From positions 122,487 through 186,486 of the forward strand of contig JBHLSH010000002.1 of the NCBI GenBank assembly GCA_048881705.1: DNA of 64,000 nucleotides, read 5' to 3'. Source of the stretch: Candidatus Heimdallarchaeota archaeon. Its GTDB lineage: Archaea; Asgardarchaeota; Heimdallarchaeia; Hodarchaeales; Hodarchaeaceae. The translations under genes were made by a program, and so were the position numbers. The notes beneath the pieces were generated by a model. The model saw only the letters and a list, made by a program, of their open reading frames with translations, did not search any database and had not been told where the DNA came from. The stretch's first letter is position 1. Each line of letters begins with the position of its first letter. Positions 58,986-64,000 of this stretch are shown in pieces.

Positions 58986-60083
58986 TTGGTGAAAAAATTG
59001 ACAACCAATCCTTTTGAAGATAAAGCGATATTGGTAACCGGGGCAGCAGGTTCAATAGGCCGCGAATTAGTGGCTCAACTTCTTAAGTTCAATCCAACGG
59101 TTGTTCGTGCTTTTGACGTTAACGAAACAGGTTTGTTCTATCTTGATCAAATGCTCAATTCCAACATTGTACGAACGCTTGTAGGGGATATTAGAGATTC
59201 TAAAAGATTGGATCTGGCCTTAGAGAACATTGATATAGTTTTTCATGCAGGTGCACTAAAACATGTCCCAATATGCGAATATAATCCTTTTGAAGCCGTT
59301 AAAACAAATATTGTCGGAACTCAAAATCTTATCCATGCCGCACGTGTTAATAATGTAAAGAAGTTTATTACTATCAGCACAGATAAGGCGATAAATCCTA
59401 CCAATGTAATGGGCGCAACAAAACTTCTTGCAGAAAGACTAACCATTGCAGCCAATCTTTTTAAGGGTCATAAAGATATTTCATTTTCGGTAGTCCGTTT
59501 TGGCAATGTATTGGGCTCACGAGGATCCGTTATTCCTTTGTTACTACAACAAATCCGCAAAGGGGAACCAGTAACGGTTACTGATCCTGAAATGACGCGG
59601 TACATAATGAAAATCGAAGATGCGGTAACATTGACGCTCAAAACCGCATCGTTAGCGAGAGGCGGAGAAATTTTCATTCTTAAAATGCCATCCGTTAAAT
59701 TGGGCGATCTGGTTGAATCACTGATTGAAGTAGCTGCTCCAGTTTTTGATCGGTCTCCCTCGGAAATAAAAATCAAGGACATAGGAAAGAGGATTGGGGA
59801 AAAAGGTTACGAGGAATTGTTAAGCGATTACGAAACCTTGAGCTCATTTATATTCAAAACGGAAGATATTTTTATCCTAATCCCCAAAAATCCCTACTAC
59901 CATCCTAAATTAATGCAAGAATTACTAAAGTATTATGAAGGGATTAGTTCGCAGGTTAAGGTTGAGAACTATAAGGAATTATTTTCATCCTCTAAGGCTC
60001 CACTTTTGTCTAAAACTCAAATAAAGCCCTTAGTTCAGGGTGTTATCGGTAATTTCTTAAATGAGCAGCTTGGCTCTGAATGA
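58986..60083 (+). CDS. UDP-GlcNAc 4,6-dehydratase (PglF/CapD/LegB-like)
   Basis: TGAAGSIG, HAGALKHVP.CE.NP.EA.KTN..G, STDKA.NP.NVMGATK, RFGNVLGSRGSVIP. Confidence 0.92.
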   Translation: MVKKLTTNPFEDKAILVTGAAGSIGRELVAQLLKFNPTVVRAFDVNETGLFYLDQMLNSNIVRTLVGDIRDSKRLDLALENIDIVFHAGALKHVPICEYNPFEAVKTNIVGTQNLIHAARVNNVKKFITISTDKAINPTNVMGATKLLAERLTIAANLFKGHKDISFSVVRFGNVLGSRGSVIPLLLQQIRKGEPVTVTDPEMTRYIMKIEDAVTLTLKTASLARGGEIFILKMPSVKLGDLVESLIEVAAPVFDRSPSEIKIKDIGKRIGEKGYEELLSDYETLSSFIFKTEDIFILIPKNPYYHPKLMQELLKYYEGISSQVKVENYKELFSSSKAPLLSKTQIKPLVQGVIGNFLNEQLGSE

Positions 60084-60155
60084 AAACCAATTCCTTGAAT
60101 AACCAGATCTCCTATCTAAACCATTTGCATTTGTTGTTGATGAGCGAAGAACAAG

Positions 60156-61202
60156 ATGAGAACAGTAAGAATTGGTGGTAATTTTGTTGGGGAAAATAAT
60201 ATATGCTTCATTATTGCTGAAGCGGGGGTGAACCACAATGGGTCGATACATAAGGCAAAAAAAATGGTAGAGGTTGCCAAGGCCTGCGGTGCGGATGCGG
60301 TCAAATTTCAAACTTTTACGGCAGAACGCTTAGTTACAAGTACTGCCGAAAAAGCGCCATATCAGAAAGAACAAACGGATGATGGATCGCAATTCGATAT
60401 GTTGAAATCATTAGAATTGACAAGTTCGGAATTCACCACTCTCGCGAAACACGCAGAGAAGACAGGCATCATGTTTTTGTCCACACCTTTTGACCAAGAA
60501 AGCGCCGATTTTTTGGAAACATTAGAGATCGCTGCATATAAGATTAGTTCTGGTGACTTAACCAACCTGCCTATGCTGAAGCATATCGCGAGAAAGGCAA
60601 AACCAATGATTCTTTCTACTGGGATGGGAGATATAGGAGAGGTGAACAGTGCTATATCGACAATAACACAGGCGGGTTTAAAAGAAATCATCTTGCTGCA
60701 CTGTGTTACAAGTTATCCCGCTCCGTTAGAATCCTTGAATCTTAAAGCAATAACCACTTTAAGGGAGGCATTCGATTTTCCTGTCGGTTTTTCCGATCAT
60801 ACAACAGACGTGCTTGCCCCTGTTATTGCGCGAGCTCTTGGTGCCTGTGTTATAGAGAAACACTTCACACTAGACAAGAATTTACCTGGACCAGATCATA
60901 AGACTTCTTTGACTCCACAAATCCTTGAAGAAATGATCACAACCATTAGAAAAGTGGAACTGGCACTAGGTGATGGCATAAAGAAACCTGCAGAGATTGA
61001 AATTGGTTTAAAATCTATAGTTCAACGAAGTATTGTCGCTAAAGCCGATATATCTGTGGGAAAGATTTTGGAGGAAAACATGCTTGATGTAAAGCGCCCA
61101 GGAACAGGAATTGCACCTAAATTCTTAGATGATATTATAGGTAAGAGATCAAAGACGCAAATTAAAAAGGATCAACTTATCACATGGGAGATGATTGAGT
61201 AA
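60156..61202 (+). CDS. neuB: Nonulosonate synthase (NeuB/LegI) with C-terminal SAF domain
   Basis: IAEAGVNHNG, KFQT, STPFD, YKISSG, LSTGM, LHC.TSYP, GFSDHT, IEKHFTLD..LPGPDH, KRPG.GI.P. Confidence 0.95.
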   Translation: MRTVRIGGNFVGENNICFIIAEAGVNHNGSIHKAKKMVEVAKACGADAVKFQTFTAERLVTSTAEKAPYQKEQTDDGSQFDMLKSLELTSSEFTTLAKHAEKTGIMFLSTPFDQESADFLETLEIAAYKISSGDLTNLPMLKHIARKAKPMILSTGMGDIGEVNSAISTITQAGLKEIILLHCVTSYPAPLESLNLKAITTLREAFDFPVGFSDHTTDVLAPVIARALGACVIEKHFTLDKNLPGPDHKTSLTPQILEEMITTIRKVELALGDGIKKPAEIEIGLKSIVQRSIVAKADISVGKILEENMLDVKRPGTGIAPKFLDDIIGKRSKTQIKKDQLITWEMIE

Positions 61203-61247
61203 TTATCGGCAGGGGATAGATATCATCATCTTGAGAGCGTAAGGAAC

Positions 61248-62408
61248 ATGGCAACAAAACGTGTTTGTGTTGTAACCGGAACCAGGGCAGAATATGGCCT
61301 ATTAAAACCTGTTGTTGAGAAAATTCAAAAATCAGATCAAATGGCTTTACAAATTCTGGTTACGGGCATGCACTTACTCCCTGACTTTGGCCTAACCATC
61401 AAAGAAATTGAGAATGACGGCTATAATATTGATGCAAAGGTGCCCATCGTTGTGGGGGGGGACAATAAACTATCAATGAGTGTTTCCATTGGTTTAGGGG
61501 TCATTGCTATTTCACAATCCTTAGAGATACTTAAACCTGATGTAGTTGTCGTTCTTGGAGACCGGTTTGAGATCTTCGCGGCTGCTATTGCGGCTTCGTA
61601 TAGTGGTATGGTGTTGGCCCATCTTTGTGGAGGTGACAGCCCTCAAGGAGGGTATGATGAATATACAAGACACGCGATTACCAAAATCGCACACATCCAT
61701 TTCCCCATGACCGAAAAAAATGCTGAGCGCATATTACGGATGGGTGAAAATCCAGCCAATGTGCATGTCGTGGGATACACATCACTGGATACCATTCTAC
61801 ACACACCTCTTCCCGCGAAGGATGTTCTTTTTCACAAATATAACCTTTCGACAAATAAAGACCTTCTGGTTCTTGTGTACCATTCATTAAGTACTTCTCC
61901 TGGAATGTCCGCTCAAGAGATTGCTATTATTCTGGAAGTCATCATAACTTTCGACCTGCAATGCCTAGTCGTTTATCCCAATGTTGATCCTGGCGGCAAG
62001 AGCATTGTTTCAGAAATCCGGAAATATGAAAAGTCGCATCCTGACAAGATCAAAGGTCGTAAAAGCCTACCCTACGAAGATTTTTTGGGTTTTCTAAATT
62101 GTGCCAAGGTATTAGTGGGTAATTCGAGTAGTGGCATTCTGGAATCCCCATCGTTTCATCTACCAGTAGTGAATATTGGAACACGGCAGAGAGGCCGTGA
62201 AAGAGCAGGTAATGTAATAGACATCAATCTTGACAAGAGTGAGATAGAGACAGCTGTTAATAAGGCCCTTTTTGACCAAGATTTTTTAGATACAATCCAG
62301 ACCCATGAAAACCCCTACGGTGACGGCCAAGCTAGTGACCGAATTGTAAAGATCCTTGAGGAACTTCAAATAAGGCCAGAACTCCTCAGCAAAAGGTTCC
62401 ATGACTAA
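61248..62408 (+). CDS. neuC: Hydrolysing UDP-sugar 2-epimerase (NeuC/LegG)
   Basis: VTGTRAEYGLL, TGMHL, LGDRFE, GGD...G..DE..RHAITK.AH.HF, GNSSSG..E.P, NIG.RQ.GR, NPYGDG.AS. Confidence 0.95.
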   Translation: MATKRVCVVTGTRAEYGLLKPVVEKIQKSDQMALQILVTGMHLLPDFGLTIKEIENDGYNIDAKVPIVVGGDNKLSMSVSIGLGVIAISQSLEILKPDVVVVLGDRFEIFAAAIAASYSGMVLAHLCGGDSPQGGYDEYTRHAITKIAHIHFPMTEKNAERILRMGENPANVHVVGYTSLDTILHTPLPAKDVLFHKYNLSTNKDLLVLVYHSLSTSPGMSAQEIAIILEVIITFDLQCLVVYPNVDPGGKSIVSEIRKYEKSHPDKIKGRKSLPYEDFLGFLNCAKVLVGNSSSGILESPSFHLPVVNIGTRQRGRERAGNVIDINLDKSEIETAVNKALFDQDFLDTIQTHENPYGDGQASDRIVKILEELQIRPELLSKRFHD

Positions 62409-62472
62409 TATTATAGTTTAAGTTGTTCTAACTTGTATTTGGTACATTTAAATCTGGGATGTAATCAAAATT

Positions 62473-62913
62473 ATGGTTCGTACAAACTTTAAAGATTGGA
62501 AACCTCCAGAGATTGAGCATGGTAAATTGACAAGGTGGAATTGGCTCATTACCCATCCCCAAAATCTTAGCCTTGGAAAATATACTGACATAGGAGCCTT
62601 CACTTATATTAATGCCAGATTCGGTGTTGAAATCCAAGATTTTGTACAAATAGGCTCGCATTGCTCCATCTATTCGGAATCCACGATCGATGAGAAGCAG
62701 GGAAAAATAGTAATTGCCAGGAATGCCCGAATAGGAAGTCACTCATTACTAATGCCTGCAGTCTCTATAGGCAAAAATAGTGTAATTGGTGCCTTTAGCT
62801 TTGTAAATAAAAACATACCAGCTGGTGTGGTAGCGTTTGGGGTTCCAGTTAAGGTTAAAAGACAGTTATCTGATAAAGAAATTCTGGACATGGAAAAGGA
62901 GACCCGATTATAA
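62473..62913 (+). CDS. Hexapeptide-repeat (left-handed beta-helix) acyltransferase
   Basis: [LIV]G repeats (LGKYTDIG, IGSHCSI, IGKNSVIGA.S.V) and AFGVP. Confidence 0.88.
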   Translation: MVRTNFKDWKPPEIEHGKLTRWNWLITHPQNLSLGKYTDIGAFTYINARFGVEIQDFVQIGSHCSIYSESTIDEKQGKIVIARNARIGSHSLLMPAVSIGKNSVIGAFSFVNKNIPAGVVAFGVPVKVKRQLSDKEILDMEKETRL

Positions 62914-63075
62914 GGGATCGTCGTGCTCATCCTATAAACACGCTTGATTCTTTAAGATTTTAGTTAAGATGTGTATGATGCAGACCATTCCCAGGTATTT
63001 GTGTAAAGGCTGGGTCCTCTTCTGAATGGTCATTTAAAAATTCAAGGTTAAATCATTAACAGGAATGTGTCATAG

Positions 63076-63771
63076 TTGAACTTCTTAGGCCTTATACCTG
63101 CTCGTAGTGGATCCAAAGGAATCCCAAATAAAAATCTTAAACTCTTGGATAACAAACCACTCATCTATTACTCTATCGAAGCTGCTCTTGCCTCTAAATA
63201 TCTCAAACAGGTTGTAGTCTCCACCGATTCACAAGAAATAGCAGAATCTGCGCGTAAAGCCGAAGCCGATGTTCCGTTTATTCGACCCTTGCAACTAGCT
63301 CAAGATGATACCCCTATGAGGGACGTATTAGTGCATGCCATTCAAGAACTTACCCTTATAGGTAGAAACCCTGACATACTAGTTTTATTACAACCCACAT
63401 CCCCTTTCAGGACGACAAGACATATAGATGACGCTATAGAACAATTCTTGGCCGCTAACTCGACATGCCTGATGTCGGTAAGAAAGGCCAGAGAAAATCC
63501 ATATTGGATGCAGGTATTGAAACGCGGAGTTCTACAGCCATTTCTACCGAATGAGCCATTTCATGCTACCCGTCAATCAGCACCCCCCATACTTTACCCC
63601 AATGGAGCTATTTACATCTGGAAAACTGAATATCTCTTAGCTCGGTCTCAACCACAATTCCCTCCTGATATGATTTCCTATGAAATGGATTTCTATTCTT
63701 CGGTTGACATTGATGAATCCTATGATTGGAAATTTGCAGAATTTATCCTGGCCCAACGTAGAAGCTCGTGA
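63076..63771 (+). CDS. neuA: CMP-nonulosonate synthetase (NeuA/LegF)
   Basis: IPARSGSKGIPNKN, VSTDS, RP..LA.D, LQPTSPFR, NGAIY, VDID...D. Confidence 0.95.
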   Translation: MNFLGLIPARSGSKGIPNKNLKLLDNKPLIYYSIEAALASKYLKQVVVSTDSQEIAESARKAEADVPFIRPLQLAQDDTPMRDVLVHAIQELTLIGRNPDILVLLQPTSPFRTTRHIDDAIEQFLAANSTCLMSVRKARENPYWMQVLKRGVLQPFLPNEPFHATRQSAPPILYPNGAIYIWKTEYLLARSQPQFPPDMISYEMDFYSSVDIDESYDWKFAEFILAQRRSS

Positions 63772-63772
63772 T

Positions 63773-64000
63773 ATGGACTTTAAACCTCTTCTGAAATCAG
63801 ACGGATCTATTATGGTGAATAAACGTACCAAGGAATATCGAAAGGATCCCATTCGAGAACACGAACTAGAGGGGATCAATGATCTTCTCATCCCAATTGA
63901 AAGAAACCTCGTTTCTCAGTTTACACAACCAGAAAGACCAGTTATTTTCATAGTTGGGGCCCCAAGAAGTGCGACCACCCTACTTCATCAGCTAGTCGCA
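63773..64000 (+). CDS. Sulfotransferase (PAPS-dependent), 3'-truncated; not in ORF track
   Basis: ATG at 63773 right after the neuA stop: MDFKPLL...ERPVIFIVGAPRSATTLLHQLVA, matching the 5'-PSB loop GxPRS[GA]TT. Confidence 0.85.
   Translation, partial: MDFKPLLKSDGSIMVNKRTKEYRKDPIREHELEGINDLLIPIERNLVSQFTQPERPVIFIVGAPRSATTLLHQLVA

Noticed and set aside
62983-63031. GACCATTC/GAATGGTC inverted repeat with inner CCAG/CTGG before neuA
   Set aside because: An 8-bp stem with a long irregular loop is plausible by chance, and no known RNA motif was recognised.
57861-63771. Neu5Ac or pseudaminic acid as the product
   Set aside because: Dehydratase and aminotransferase are unnecessary for Neu5Ac; PseG/PseH are absent and a hydrolysing epimerase is present. 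Not fully excluded without phylogeny.
369-63891. Numerous 60-140 aa ORFs nested in or antisense to long genes (e.g. 18726-19121, 43170-43598, 23629-23979)
   Set aside because: They are shadows of well-supported genes on another frame or strand and show no motifs.
1-64000. CRISPR arrays, rRNA, tRNA, IS/transposase, integrase
   Set aside because: No regularly spaced repeats, cloverleaf/T-loop signatures or transposase motifs were recognised by eye in the intergenic gaps. tRNAscan-SE or Infernal would be needed to exclude them formally.

Overview
Archaeal chromosomal window, most likely an Asgard archaeon (Heimdallarchaeia-like). This is inferred from two longin-type proteins, a PGF-CTERM-like surface anchor, archaeal DGGGP synthase, cofC/cofD and a split MetE. 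No rRNA, tRNA, CRISPR array or transposase was recognised. 1-38 kb is a housekeeping mosaic. It holds four adenine DNA methyltransferases with no visible nuclease (three co-oriented and interleaved with phosphate-transport genes), a di-longin and a 7TM-longin protein, a 1218-aa membrane/DUF362 fusion, a cofD-DUS-like-cofC operon, and a split-metE/metF operon divergent from an HTH-CBS regulator with two palindromes between them. 38-64 kb is a large surface-glycan locus. It contains UDP-sugar dehydrogenases, GT2/GT4 enzymes, a flippase, a GH47/EDEM-like surface protein, an AglXYZ/WbuXYZ amidino module, a PIG-L/MTase/DUF362/CapK cassette, a candidate nonulosonate transferase, a legionaminic-acid-type pathway and a truncated sulfotransferase. 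Two coding regions missed by the ORF track were found by hand (2520-2681 and 63773-64000). All family calls come from motif recognition by eye; no searches were run.
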